Assembly: GCA_040954595.2 (NCBI GenBank)
Contig: CM082584.2
Location: 11,996,875-12,060,874 of the forward strand
Direction of reading: 5' to 3'
DNA: 64,000 nucleotides
Origin: Balanoglossus misakiensis
Taxonomy: Eukaryota > Animalia > Hemichordata
Shown here: piece by piece, positions 1 to 15,000 of the stretch
Numbering within the stretch: position 1 is the stretch's first letter
Layout: every line of letters begins with the position of its first letter
Program-made: the position numbers and the translations under genes
Notes under the pieces: model-generated
Seen by the model: the letters and a program-made list of their open reading frames with translations, nothing else
The model's database searches: none
Told to the model about the DNA's origin: nothing

Positions 1-3000
1 CCCATGGTTTTTTCAAAAAATGACCAAATTTGAAAATCCGCAAAGTCGAAAAATCCTCGATTTTCGAACATTTTCCTGAGCTATAACCCATGGTTTTTTC
101 AAAAAATGACCAAATTTTGAAAATTCGCAAAGTCGAAAAATCCTCGATTTTCGAACATTTTCCTGAGCTATAACCCATGGTTTTTTCAAAAAATGACCAA
201 ATTTTGAAAATTCGCAAAGTCGAAAAATCCTCGATTTTCGAACATTTTCCTGAGCTATAACCCATGGTTTTTTCAAAAAATGACCAAATTTTGAAAATTC
301 GCAAAGTCGAAAAATCCTCGATTTTCGAACATTTTCCTGAGCTATAACCCATGGTTTTTTCAAAAAATGACCAAATTTTGAAAATTCGAAAAGTCGAAAA
401 ATCCTCGATTTTCGAACATTTTTCCTGAGCTATAACCCATGGTTTTTTCAAAAAATGACCAAATTTTGAAAATTCGAAAAGTCGAAAAATCCTCGATTTT
501 CGAACATTTTCCTGAGCTATAACCCATGGTTTTTTCAAAAAATGACCAAATTTTGAAAATTCGAAAAGTCGAAAAATCCTCGATTTTCGAACATTTTCCT
601 GAGCTATAACCCATGGTTTTTTCAAAAAATGACCAAATTTTGAAAATTCGCAAAGTCGAAAAATCCTCGATTTTCGAACATTTTCCTGAGCTATAACCCA
701 TGGTTTTTTCAAAAAATGACCAAATTTTGAAAATTCGAAAAGTCGAAAAATCCTCGATTTTCGAACATTTTCCTGAGCTATAACCCATGGTTTTTTCAAA
801 AAATGACCAAATTTTGAAAATTCGCAAAGTCGAAAAATCCTCGATTTTCGAACATTTTCCTGAGCTATAACCCATGGTTTTTTCAAAAAATGACCAAATT
901 TTGAAAATTCGCAAAGTCGAAAAATCCTCGATTTTCGAACATTTTCCTGAGCTATAACCCATGGTTTTTTCAAAAAATGACCAAATTTTGAAAATTCGCA
1001 AAGTCGAAAAATCCTCGATTTTCGAACATTTTCCTGAGCTATAACCCATGGTTTTTTCAAAAATGACCAAATTTTGAAAATTCGCAAAGTCGAAAAAATC
1101 CTCGATTTTCGAACATTTTCCTGAGCTATAACCCATGGTTTTTTCAAAAAAGTGACCAAATTTTGAAAATTCGCAAAGTCGAAAAATCCTCGATTTTCGA
1201 ACATTTTCCTGAGCTATAACCCATGGTTTTTTCAAAAAATGACCAAATTTTGAAAATTCGCAAAGTCGAAAAATCCTCGATTTTCGAACATTTTCCTGAG
1301 CTATAACCCATGGTTTTTTCAAAAAATGACCAAATTTTGAAAATTCGCAAAGTCGAAAAATCCTCGATTTTCGAACATTTTCCTGAGCTATAACCCATGG
1401 TTTTTTCAAAAATGACCAAATTTTGAAAATTCGCAAAGTCGAAAAATCCTCGATTTTCGAACATTTTCCTGAGCTATAACCCATGGTTTTTTCAAAAAAT
1501 GACCAAATTTTGAAAATTCGAAAAGTCGAAAAATCCTCGATTTTCGAACATTTTCCTGAGCTATAACCCATGGTTTTTTCAAAAAATGACCAAATTTTGA
1601 AAATTCGAAAAGTCGAAAAATCCTCGATTTTCGAACATTTTCCTGAGCTATAACCCATGGTTTTTTCAAAAAATGACCAAATTTTGAAAATTCGAAAAGT
1701 CGAAAAATCCTCGATTTTCGAACATTTTCCTGAGCTATAACCCATGGTTTTTTCAAAAAATGACCAAATTTTGAAAATTCGAAAAGTCGAAAAATCCTCG
1801 ATTTTCGAACATTTTCCTGAGCTATAACCCATGGTTTTTTCAAAAAATGACCAAATTTTGAAAATCCGCAAAGTCGAAAAATCCTCGATTTTCGAACATT
1901 TTCCTGAGCTATAACCCATGGTTTTTTCAAAAAATGACCAAATTTTGAAAATTCGCAAAGTCGAAAAATCCTCGATTTTCGAACATTTTCCTGAGCTATA
2001 ACCCATGGTTTTTTCAAAAAATGACCAAATTTTGAAAATTCGCAAAGTCGAAAAATCCTCGATTTTCGAACATTTTCCTGAGCTATAACCCATGGTTTTT
2101 TCAAAAAATGACCAAATTTTGAAAATTCGCAAAGTCGAAAAATCCTCGATTTTCGAACATTTTCCTGAGCTATAACCCATGGTTTTTTCAAAAAATGACC
2201 AAATTTTGAAAATTCGAAAAGTCGAAAATCCTCGATTTTCGAACATTTTCCTGAGCTATAACCCATGGTTTTTTCAAAAATGACCAAATTTTGAAAATTC
2301 GCAAAGTCGAAAAATCCTCGATTTTCGAACATTTTCCTGAGCTATAACCCATGGTTTTTTCAAAAAATGACCAAATTTTGAAAATTCGAAAAGTCGAAAA
2401 ATCCTCGATTTTCGAACATTTTCCTGAGCTATAACCCATGGTTTTTTCAAAAAATGACCAAATTTTGAAAATTCGAAAAGTCGAAAAATCCTCGATTTTC
2501 GAACATTTTCCTGAGCTATAACCCATGGTTTTTTCAAAAATGACCAAATTTTGAAAATTCGAAAAGTCGAAAAATCCTCGATTTTCGAACATTTTCCTGA
2601 GCTATAACCCATGGTTTTTTCAAAAAATGACCAAATTTTGAAAATTCGAAAAGTCGAAAAATCCTCGATTTTCGAACATTTTCCTGAGCTATAACCCATG
2701 GTTTTTTCAAAAAATGACCAAATTTTGAAAATTCGAAAAGTCGAAAAATCCTCGATTTTCGAACATTTTCCTGAGCTATAACCCATGGTTTTTTCAAAAA
2801 ATGACCAAATTTTGAAAATTCGCAAAGTCGAAAAATCCTCGATTTTCGAACATTTTCCTGAGCTATAACCCATGGTTTTTTCAAAAAATGACCAAATTTT
2901 GAAAATTCGAAAAGTCGAAAAATCCTCGATTTTCGAACATTTTCCTGAGCTATAACCCATGGTTTTTTCAAAAAATGACCAAATTTTGAAAATTCGAAAA

Positions 3001-6000
3001 GTCGAAAAATCCTCGATTTTCGAACATTTTCCTGAGCTATAACCCATGGTTTTTTCAAAAAATGACCAAATTTTGAAAATTCGCAAAGTCGAAAAATCCT
3101 CGATTTTCGAACATTTTCCTGAGCTATAACCCATGGTTTTTTCAAAAAATGACCAAATTTTGAAAATTCGCAAAGTCGAAAAATCCTCGATTTTCGAACA
3201 TTTTCCTGAGCTATAACCCATGGTTTTTTCAAAAAATGACCAAATTTTGAAAATTCGCAAAGTCGAAAAATCCTCGATTTTCGAACATTTTCCTGAGCTA
3301 TAACCCATGGTTTTTTCAAAAAATGACCAAATTTTGAAAATTCGCAAAGTCGAAAAATCCTCGATTTTCGAACATTTTCCTGAGCTATAACCCATGGTTT
3401 TTTCAAAAAATGACCAAATTTTGAAAATTCGCAAAGTCGAAAAATCCTCGATTTTCGAACATTTTCCTGAGCTATAACCCATGGTTTTTTCAAAAAATGA
3501 CCAAATTTTGAAAATTCGCAAAGTCGAAAAATCCTCGATTTTCGAACATTTTCCTGAGCTATAACCCATGGTTTTTTCAAAAAGTGACCAAATTTTGAAA
3601 ATTCGCAAAGTCGAAAAATCCTCGATTTTCGAACATTTTCCTGAGCTATAACCCATGGTTTTTTCAAAAAATGACCAAATTTTGAAAATTCGAAAAGTCG
3701 AAAAATCCTCGATTTTCGAACATTTTCCTGAGCTATAACCCATGGTTTTTTCAAAAAATGACCAAATTTTGAAAATTCGAAAAGTCGAAAAATCCTCGAT
3801 TTTCGAACATTTTCCTGAGCTATAACCCATGGTTTTTTCAAAAAATGACCAAATTTTGAAAATTCGAAAAGTCGAAAAATCCTCGATTTTCGAACATTTT
3901 CCTGAGCTATAACCCATGGTTTTTTCAAAAAATGACCAAATTTTGAAAATTCGAAAAGTCGAAAAATCCTCGATTTTCGAACATTTTCCTGAGCTATAAC
4001 CCATGGTTTTTTCAAAAAATGACCAAATTTTGAAAATTCGAAAAGTCGAAAAATCCTCGATTTTCGAACATTTTCCTGAGCTATAACCCATGGTTTTTTC
4101 AAAAATGACCAAATTTTGAAAATTCGAAAAGTCGAAAAATCCTCGATTTTCGAACATTTTCCTGAGCTATAACCCATGGTTTTTTCAAAAAATGACCAAA
4201 TTTTGAAAATTCGAAAAGTCGAAAAATCCTCGATTTTCGAACATTTTCCTGAGCTATAACCCATGGTTTTTTCAAAAAATGACCAAATTTTGAAAATTCG
4301 CAAAGTCGAAAAATCCTCGATTTTCGAACATTTTCCTGAGCTATAACCCATGGTTTTTTCAAAAAATGACCAAATTTTGAAAATTCGAAAAGTCGAAAAA
4401 TCCTCGATTTTCGAACATTTTCCTGAGCTATAACCCATGGTTTTTTCAAAAAATGACCAAATTTTGAAAATTCGAAAAGTCGAAAAATCCTCGATTTTCG
4501 AACATTTTCCTGAGCTATAACCCATGGTTTTTCAAAAAATGACCAAATTTTGAAAATTCGCAAAGTCGAAAAATCCTCGATTTTCGAACATTTTCCTGAG
4601 CTATAACCCATGGTTTTTTCAAAAAATGACCAAATTTTGAAAATTCGCAAAGTCGAAAAATCCTCGATTTTCGAACATTTTCCTGAGCTATAACCCATGG
4701 TTTTTTCAAAAAATGACCAAATTTTGAAAATTCGCAAAGTCGAAAAATCCTCGATTTTCGAACATTTTCCTGAGCTATAACCCATGGTTTTTTCAAAAAA
4801 TGACCAAATTTTGAAAATTCGCAAAGTCGAAAAATCCTCGATTTTCGAACATTTTCCTGAGCTATAACCCATGGTTTTTTCAAAAAATGACCAAATTTTG
4901 AAAATTCGCAAAGTCGAAAAATCCTCGATTTTCGAACATTTTCCTGAGCTATAACCCATGGTTTTTTCAAAAAGTGACCAAATTTTGAAAATTCGCAAAG
5001 TCGAAAAATCCTCGATTTTCGAACATTTTCCTGAGCTATAACCCATGGTTTTTTCAAAAAATGACCAAATTTTGAAAATTCGCAAAGTCGAAAAATCCTC
5101 GATTTTCGAACATTTTCCTGAGCTATAACCCATGGTTTTTTCAAAAAATGACCAAATTTTGAAAATTCGAAAAGTCGAAAAATCCTCGATTTTCGAACAT
5201 TTTCCTGAGCTATAACCCATGGTTTTTTCAAAAAATGACCAAATTTTGAAAATTCGAAAAGTCGAAAAATCCTCGATTTTCGAACATTTTCCTGAGCTAT
5301 AACCCATGGTTTTTTCAAAAAATGACCAAATTTTGAAAATTCGAAAAGTCGAAAAATCCTCGATTTTCGAACATTTTCCTGAGCTATAACCCATGGTTTT
5401 TTCAAAAAATGACCAAATTTTGAAAATTCGAAAAGTCGAAAAATCCTCGATTTTCGAACATTTTCCTGAGCTATAACCCATGGTTTTTTCAAAAAATGAC
5501 CAAATTTTGAAAATCCGCAAAGTCGAAAAATCCTCGATTTTCGAACATTTTCCTGAGCTATAACCCATGGTTTTTTCAAAAAATGACCAAATTTTGAAAA
5601 TTCGCAAAGTCGAAAAATCCTCGATTTTCGAACATTTTCCTGAGCTATAACCCATGGTTTTTTCAAAAAATGACCAAATTTTGAAAATTCGCAAAGTCGA
5701 AAAATCCTCGATTTTCGAACATTTTCCTGAGCTATAACCCATGGTTTTTTCAAAAAATGACCAAATTTTGAAAATTCGCAAAGTCGAAAAATCCTCGATT
5801 TTCGAACATTTTCCTGAGCTATAACCCATGGTTTTTTCAAAAAATGACCAAATTTTGAAAATTCGAAAAGTCGAAAAATCCTCGATTTTCGAACATTTTC
5901 CTGAGCTATAACCCATGGTTTTTTCAAAAAATGACCAAATTTTGAAAATTCGAAAAGTCGAAAAATCCTCGATTTTCGAACATTTTCCTGAGCTATAACC

Positions 6001-9000
6001 CATGGTTTTTTCAAAAAATGACCAAATTTTGAAAATTCGAAAAGTCGAAAAATCCTCGATTTTCGAACATTTTCCTGAGCTGTAACCCATGGTTTTTTCA
6101 AAAAATGACCAAATTTTGAAAATTCGCAAAGTCGAAAAATCCTCGATTTTCGAACATTTTCCTGAGCTATAACCCATGGTTTTTTCAAAAAATGACCAAA
6201 TTTTGAAAATTCGCAAAGTCGAAAAATCCTCGATTTTCGAACATTTTCCTGAGCTATAACCCATGGTTTTTTCAAAAAATGACCAAATTTTGAAAATTCG
6301 AAAAGTCGAAAAATCCTCGATTTTCGAACATTTTCCTGAGCTATAACCCATGGTTTTTTCAAAAAATGACCAAATTTTGAAAATTCGAAAAGTCGAAAAA
6401 TCCTCGATTTTCGAACATTTTCCTGAGCTATAACCCATGGTTTTTTCAAAAAATGACCAAATTTTGAAAATTCGCAAAGTCGAAAAATCCTCGATTTTCG
6501 AACATTTTCCTGAGCTATAACCCATGGTTTTTTCAAAAATGACCAAATTTTGAAAATTCGCAAAGTCGAAAAATCCTCGATTTTCGAACATTTTCCTGAG
6601 CTATAACCCATGGTTTTTTCAAAAAATGACCAAATTTTGAAAATTCGAAAAGTCGAAAAATCCTCGATTTTCGAACATTTTCCTGAGCTATAACCCATGG
6701 TTTTTTCAAAAAATGACCAAATTTTGAAAATTCGAAAAGTCGAAAAATCCTCGATTTTCGAACATTTTCCTGAGCTATAACCCATGGTTTTTTCAAAAAA
6801 TGACCAAATTTTGAAAATTCGAAAAGTCGAAAAATCCTCGATTTTCGAACATTTTCCTGAGCTATAACCCATGGTTTTTTCAAAAAATGACCAAATTTTG
6901 AAAATTCGAAAAGTCGAAAAATCCTCGATTTTCGAACATTTTCCTGAGCTATAACCCATGTTTTTTTCAAAAAATGACCAAATTTTGAAAATTCGAAAAG
7001 TCGAAAAATCCTCGATTTTCGAACATTTTCCTGAGCTATAACCCATGGTTTTTTCAAAAAATGACCAAATTTTGAAAATTCGAAAAGTCGAAAAATCCTC
7101 GATTTTCGAACATTTTCCTGAGCTATAACCCATGGTTTTTTCAAAAAATGACCAAATTTTGAAAATCCGCAAAGTCGAAAAATCCTCGATTTTCGAACAT
7201 TTTCCTGAGCTATAACCCATGGTTTTTTCAAAAAATGACCAAATTTTGAAAATCCGCAAAGTCGAAAAATCCTCGATTTTCGAACATTTTCCTGAGCTAT
7301 AACCCATGGTTTTTTCAAAAAATGACCAAATTTTGAAAATTCGCAAAGTCGAAAAATCCTCGATTTTCGAACATTTTCCTGAGCTATAACCCATGGTTTT
7401 TTCAAAAAATGACCAAATTTTGAAAATTCGCAAAGTCGAAAAATCCTCGATTTTCGAACATTTTCCTGAGCTATAACCCATGGTTTTTTCAAAAAATGAC
7501 CAAATTTTGAAAATTCGAAAAGTCGAAAAATCCTCGATTTTCGAACATTTTCCTGAGCTATAACCCATGGTTTTTTCAAAAAATGACCAAATTTTGAAAA
7601 TTCGAAAGTCGAAAAATCCTCGATTTTCGAACATTTTCCTGAGCTATAACCCATGGTTTTTTCAAAAAATGACCAAATTTTGAAAATTCGAAAAGTCGAA
7701 AAATCCTCGATTTTCGAACATTTTCCTGAGCTATAACCCATGGTTTTTTCAAAAAATGACCAAATTTTGAAAATTCGCAAAGTCGAAAAAATCCTCGATT
7801 TTCGAACATTTTCCTGAGCTATAACCCATGGTTTTTTCAAAAAATGACCAAATTTTGAAAATTCGAAAAGTCGAAAAATCCTCGATTTTCGAACATTTTC
7901 CTGAGCTATAACCCATGGTTTTTTCAAAAAATGACCAAATTTTGAAAATTCGAAAAGTCGAAAAATCCTCGATTTTCGAACATTTTCCTGAGCTATAACC
8001 CATGGTTTTTTCAAAAAATGACCAAATTTTGAAAATTCGAAAAGTCGAAAAATCCTCGTTTTTCGAACATTTTCCTGAGCTATAACCCATGGTTTTTTCA
8101 AAAAATGACCAAATTTTGAAAAGTCGAAAAGTCGAAAAATCCTCGTTTTTCGAACATTTTCCTGAGCTATAACCCATGGTTTTTTCAAAAAATGACCAAA
8201 TTTTGAAAAGTCGAAAAGTCGAAAAATCCTCGATTTTCGAACATTTTCCTGAGCTATAACCCATGGTTTTTTCAAAAAATGACCAAATTTTGAAAATTGG
8301 AAAAGTCGAAAAATCCTCGATTTTCGAACATTTTCCTGAGCTATAACCCATGGTTTTTTCAAAAAATGACCAAATTTTGAAAATTGGAAAAGTCGAAAAA
8401 TCCTCGATTTTCGAACATTTTCCTGAGCTATAACCCATGGTTTTTTCAAAAAATGACCAAATTTTGAAAATTCGAAAAGTCGAAAAATCCTCGATTTTCG
8501 AACATTTTCCTGAGCTATAACCCATGTTTTTTTCAAAAAATGACCAAATTTTGAAAATTCGAAAAGTCGAAAAATCCTCGATTTTCGAACATTTTCCTGA
8601 GCTATAACCCATGGTTTTTTCAAAAAATGACCAAATTTTGAAAATTCGAAAAGTCGAAAAATCCTCGATTTTCGAACATTTTCCTGAGCTATAACCCATG
8701 GTTTTTTCAAAAAATGACCAAATTTTGAAAATCCGCAAAGTCGAAAAATCCTCGATTTTCGAACATTTTCCTGAGCTATAACCCATGGTTTTTTCAAAAA
8801 ATGACCAAATTTTGAAAATCCGCAAAGTCGAAAAATCCTCGATTTTCGAACATTTTCCTGAGCTATAACCCATGGTTTTTTCAAAAAATGACCAAATTTT
8901 GAAAATTCGCAAAGTCGAAAAATCCTCGATTTTCGAACATTTTCCTGAGCTATAACCCATGGTTTTTTCAAAAAATGACCAAATTTTGAAAATTCGCAAA

Positions 9001-12000
9001 GTCGAAAAATCCTCGATTTTCGAACATTTTCCTGAGCTATAACCCATGGTTTTTTCAAAAAATGACCAAATTTTGAAAATTCGCAAAGTCGAAAAATCCT
9101 CGATTTTCGAACATTTTCCTGAGCTATAACCCATGGTTTTTTCAAAAAATGACCAAATTTTGAAAATTCGAAAAGTCGAAAAATCCTCGATTTTCGAACA
9201 TTTTCCTGAGCTATAACCCATGGTTTTTTCAAAAAATGACCAAATTTTGAAAATCCGCAAAGTCGAAAAATCCTCGATTTTCGAACATTTTCCTGAGCTA
9301 TAACCCATGGTTTTTTCAAAAAATGACCAAATTTTGAAAATCCGCAAAGTCGAAAAATCCTCGATTTTCGAACATTTTCCTGAGCTATAACCCATGGTTT
9401 TTTCAAAAAATGACCAAATTTTAAAAATTCGCAAAGTCGAAAAATCCTCGATTTTCGAACATTTTCCTGAGCTATAACCCATGGTTTTTTCAAAAAATGA
9501 CCAAATTTTGAAAATTCGCAAAGTCGAAAAATCCTCGATTTTCGAACATTTTCCTGAGCTATAACCCATGGTTTTTTCAAAAAATGACCAAATTTTGAAA
9601 ATTCGCAAAGTCGAAAAATCCTCGATTTTCGAACATTTTCCTGAGCTATAACCCATGGTTTTTTCAAAAAATGACCAAATTTTGAAAATTCGAAAAGTCG
9701 AAAAATCCTCGATTTTCGAACATTTTCCTGAGCTATAACCCATGGTTTTTTCAAAAAATGACCAAATTTTGAAAATTCGAAAAGTCGAAAAATCCTCGAT
9801 TTTCGAACATTTTCCTGAGCTATAACCCATGGTTTTTTCAAAAAATGACCAAATTTTGAAAATTCGAAAAGTCGAAAAATCCTCGATTTTCGAACATTTT
9901 CCTGAGCTATAACCCATGGTTTTTTCAAAAAATGACCAAATTTTGAAAATTCGCAAAGTCGAAAAATCCTCGATTTTCGAACATTTTCCTGAGCTATAAC
10001 CCATGGTTTTTTCAAAAAATGACCAAATTTTGAAAATTCGAAAAGTCGAAAAATCCTCGATTTTCGAACATTTTCCTGAGCTATAACCCATGGTTTTTTC
10101 AAAAAATGACCAAATTTTGAAAATTCGAAAAGTCGAAAAATCCTCGATTTTCGAACATTTTCCTGAGCTATAACCCATGGTTTTTTCAAAAAATGACCAA
10201 ATTTTGAAAATTCGAAAAGTCGAAAAATCCTCGATTTTCGAACATTTTCCTGAGCTATAACCCATGGTTTTTTCAAAAAATGACCAAATTTTGAAAATTC
10301 GAAAAGTCGAAAAATCCTCGTTTTTCGAACATTTTCCTGAGCTATAACCCATGGTTTTTTCAAAAAATGACCAAATTTTGAAAAGTCGAAAAGTCGAAAA
10401 ATCCTCGTTTTTCGAACATTTTCCTGAGCTATAACCCATGGTTTTTTCAAAAATGACCAAATTTTGAAAAGTCGAAAAGTCGAAAAATCCTCGATTTTCG
10501 AACATTTTCCTGAGCTATAACCCATGGTTTTTTCAAAAAATGACCAAATTTTGAAAATTGGAAAAGTCGAAAAATCCTCGATTTTCGAACATTTTCCTGA
10601 GCTATAACCCATGGTTTTTTCAAAAAATGACCAAATTTTGAAAATTCGAAAAGTCGAAAAATCCTCGATTTTCGAACATTTTCCTGAGCTATAACCCATG
10701 GTTTTTTCAAAAAATGACCAAATTTTGAAAATTCGAAAAGTCGAAAAATCCTCGATTTTCGAACATTTTCCTGAGCTATAACCCATGGTTTTTTCAAAAA
10801 ATGACCAAATTTTGAAAATTCGAAAAGTCGAAAAATCCTCGATTTTCGAACATTTTCCTGTGCTATAACCCATGGTTTTTTCAAAAAATGACCAAATTTT
10901 GAAAATTCGAAAAGTCGAAAAATCCTCGATTTTCGAACATTTTCCTGAGCTATAACCCATGGTTTTTTCAAAAAATGACCAAATTTTGAAAATTCGAAAA
11001 GTCGAAAAATCCTCGATTTTCGAACATTTTCCTGAGCTATAACCCATGGTTTTTTCAAAAAATGACCAAATTTTGAAAAGTCGAAAAGTCGAAAAATCCT
11101 CGATTTTCGAACATTTTCCTGAGCTATAACCCATGGTTTTTTCAAAAAATGACCAAATTTTGAAAAGTCGAAAAGTCGAAAAATCCTCGATTTTCGAACA
11201 TTTTCCTGAGCTATAACCCATGGTTTTTTCAAAAAATGACCAAATTTTGAAAATTCGAAAAGTCGAAAAACCCTCGATTTTCGAACATTTTCCTGAGCTA
11301 TAACCCATGGTTTTTTTCAAAAAATGACCAAATTTTGAAAATTCGAAAAGTCGAAAAATCCTCGATTTTCGAACATTTTCCTGAGCTATAACCCATGGTT
11401 TTTTCAAAAAATGACCAAATTTTGAAAATTCGAAAAGTCGAAAAATCCTCGATTTTCGAACATTTTCCTGAGCTATAACCCATGGTTTTTTCAAAAAATG
11501 ACCAAATTTTGAAAATTCGAAAAGTCGAAAAATCCTCGATTTTCGAACATTTTCCTGAGCTATAACCCATGGTTTTTTCAAAAAATGACCAAATTTTGAA
11601 AATTCGAAAAGTCGAAAAATCCTCGATTTTCGAACATTTTCCTGAGCTATAACCCATGGTTTTTTCAAAAAATGACCAAATTTTGAAAATTCGAAAAGTC
11701 GAAAAATCCTCGATTTTCGAACATTTTCCTGAGCTATAACCCATGGTTTTTTCAAAAAATGACCAAATTTTGAAAATTCGCAAAGTCGAAAAATCCTCGA
11801 TTTTCGAACATTTTCCTGAGCTATAACCCATGGTTTTTTCAAAAAATGACCAAATTTTGAAAATTCGAAAAGTCGAAAAATCCTCGATTTTCGAACATTT
11901 TCCTGAGCTATAACCCATGGTTTTTTCAAAAAATGACCAAATTTTGAAAATTCGAAAAGTCGAAAAATCCTCGATTTTCGAACATTTTCCTGAGCTATAA

Positions 12001-15000
12001 CCCATGGTTTTTTCAAAAAATGACCAAATTTTGAAAATTCGAAAAGTCGAAAAATCCTCGATTTTCGAACATTTTCCTGAGCTATAACCCATGGTTTTTT
12101 CAAAAAATGACCAAATTTTGAAAAGTCGAAAAGTCGAAAAATCCTCGTTTTTCGAACATTTTCCTGAGCTATAACCCATGGTTTTTTCAAAAAATGACCA
12201 AATTTTGAAAAGTCGAAAAGTCGAAAAATCCTCGTTTTTCGAACATTTTCCTGAGCTATAACCCATGGTTTTTTCAAAAAATGACCAAATTTTGAAAAGT
12301 CGAAAAGTCGAAAAATCCTCGATTTTCGAACATTTTCCTGAGCTATAACCCATGGTTTTTTCAAAAAATGACCAAATTTTGAAAATTGGAAAAGTCGAAA
12401 AATCCTCGATTTTCGAACATTTTCCTGAGCTATAACCCATGGTTTTTTCAAAAAATGACCAAATTTTGAAAATTCGAAAAGTCGAAAAATCCTCGATTTT
12501 CGAACATTTTCCTGTGCTATAACCCATGGTTTTTTCAAAAAATGACCAAATTTTGAAAATTCGAAAAGTCGAAAAATCCTCGATTTTCGAACATTTTCCT
12601 GTGCTATAACCCATGGTTTTTTCAAAAAATGACCAAATTTTGAAAATTCGAAAAGTCGAAAAATCCTCGATTTTCGAACATTTTCCTGAGCTATAACCCA
12701 TGGTTTTTTCAAAAAATGACCAAATTTTGAAAAGTCGAAAAGTCGAAAAATCCTCGATTTTCGAACATTTTCCTGAGCTATAACCCATGGTTTTTTCAAA
12801 AAATGACCAAATTTTGAAAATTCGAAAAGTCGAAAAATCCTCGATTTTCGAACATTTTCCTGAGCTATAACCCATGGTTTTTTCAAAAAATGACCAAATT
12901 TTGAAAATTCGAAAAGTCGAAAAATCCTCGATTTTCGAACATTTTCCTGAGCTATAACCCATGGTTTTTTCAAAAAATGACCAAATTTTGAAAATTCGAA
13001 AAGTCGAAAAACCCTCGATTTTCGAACATTTTCCTGAGCTATAACCCATGGTTTTTTTCAAAAAATGACCAAATTTTGAAAATTCGAAAAGTCGAAAAAT
13101 CCTCGATTTTCGAACATTTTCCTGAGCTATAACCCATGGTTTTTTCAAAAAATGACCAAATTTTGAAAATTCGAAAAGTCGAAAAATCCTCGATTTTCGA
13201 ACATTTTCCTGAGCTATAACCCATGGTTTTTTCAAAAAATGACCAAATTTTGAAAATTCGAAAAGTCGAAAAATCCTCGATTTTCGAACATTTTCCTGAG
13301 CTATAACCCATGGTTTTTTCAAAAAATGACCAAATTTTGAAAATTCGAAAAGTCGAAAAATCCTCGATTTTCGAACATTTTCCTGAGCTATAACCCATGG
13401 TTTTTTCAAAAAATGACCAAATTTTGAAAATTCGAAAAGTCGAAAAATCCTCGATTTTCGAACATTTTCCTGAGCTATAACCCATGGTTTTTTCAAAAAA
13501 TGACCAAATTTTGAAAATTCGAAAAGTCGAAAAATCCTCCATTTTCGAACATTTTCCTGAGCTATAACCCATGGTTTTTTCAAAAAATGACCAAATTTTG
13601 AAAATTCGAAAAGTCGAAAAATCCTCGATTTTCGAACATTTTCCTGAGCTATAACCCATGGTTTTTTTCAAAAAATGACCAAATTTTGAAAATTCGAAAA
13701 GTCGAAAAATCCTCGATTTTCGAACATTTTCCTGAGCTATAACCCATGGTTTTTTCAAAAAATGACCAAATTTTGAAAATTCGAAAAGTCGAAAAATCCT
13801 CGATTTTCGAACATTTTCCTGAGCTATAACCCATGGTTTTTTCAAAAAATGACCAAATTTTGAAAATTCGAAAAGTCGAAAAATCCTCGATTTTCGAACA
13901 TTTTCCTGAGCTATAACCCATGGTTTTTTCAAAAAATGACCAAATTTTGAAAATTCGAAAAGTCGAAAAATCCTCGATTTTCGAACATTTTCCTGAGCTA
14001 TAACCCATGGTTTTTTCAAAAAATGACCAAATTTTGAAAATTCGAAAAGTCGAAAAATCCTCGATTTTCGAACATTTTCCTGAGCTATAACCCATGGTTT
14101 TTTCAAAAAATGACCAAATTTTGAAAATTCGAAAAGTCGAAAAATCCTCGATTTTCGAACATTTTCCTGAGCTATAACCCATGGTTTTTTCAAAAAATGA
14201 CCAAATTTTGAAAATTCGAAAAGTCGAAAAATCCTCGATTTTCGAACATTTTCCTGAGCTATAACCCATGGTTTTTTCAAAAAATGACCAAATTTTGAAA
14301 ATTCGAAAAGTCGAAAAATCCTCGATTTTCGAACATTTTCCTGAGCTATAACCCATGGTTTTTTCAAAAAATGACCAAATTTTGAAAAGTCGAAAAGTCG
14401 AAAAATCCTCGATTTTCGAACATTTTCCTGAGCTATAACCCATGGTTTTTTCAAAAAATGACCAAATTTTGAAAAGTCGAAAAGTCGAAAAATCCTCGAT
14501 TTTCGAACATTTTCCTGAGCTATAACCCATGGTTTTTTCAAAAAATGACCAAATTTTGAAAATTCGAAAAGTCGAAAAATCCTCGATTTTCGAACATTTT
14601 CCTGAGCTATAACCCATGGTTTTTTCAAAAAATGACCAAATTTTGAAAATTCGAAAAGTCGAAAAATCCTCGATTTTCGAACATTTTCCTGTGCTATAAC
14701 CCATGGTTTTTTCAAAAAATGACCAAATTTTGAAAATTCGAAAAGTCGAAAAATCCTCGATTTTCGAACATTTTCCTGAGCTATAACCCATGGTTTTTTC
14801 AAAAAATGACCAAATTTTGAAAATTCGAAAAGTCGAAAAATCCTCGATTTTCGAACATTTTCCTGAGCTATAACCCATGGTTTTTTCAAAAAATGACCAA
14901 ATTTTGAAAATTCGAAAAGTCGAAAAATCCTCGATTTTCGAACATTTTCCTGAGCTATAACCCATGGTTTTTTCAAAAAATGACCAAATTTTGAAAATTC

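Noticed and set aside
110-165. Heat-shock element or CENP-B box in the monomer
   Set aside because: Only two adjacent nGAAn units (tGAAa-aTTCg) are present where three are normally needed, and the CGGG half of the CENP-B box is missing.
1-10460. Scattered single-base indels in the left half as programmed frameshifts
   Set aside because: They all fall in homopolymers, are mostly not copied within duplicated blocks and cluster toward the window start, which fits consensus errors near a contig end.
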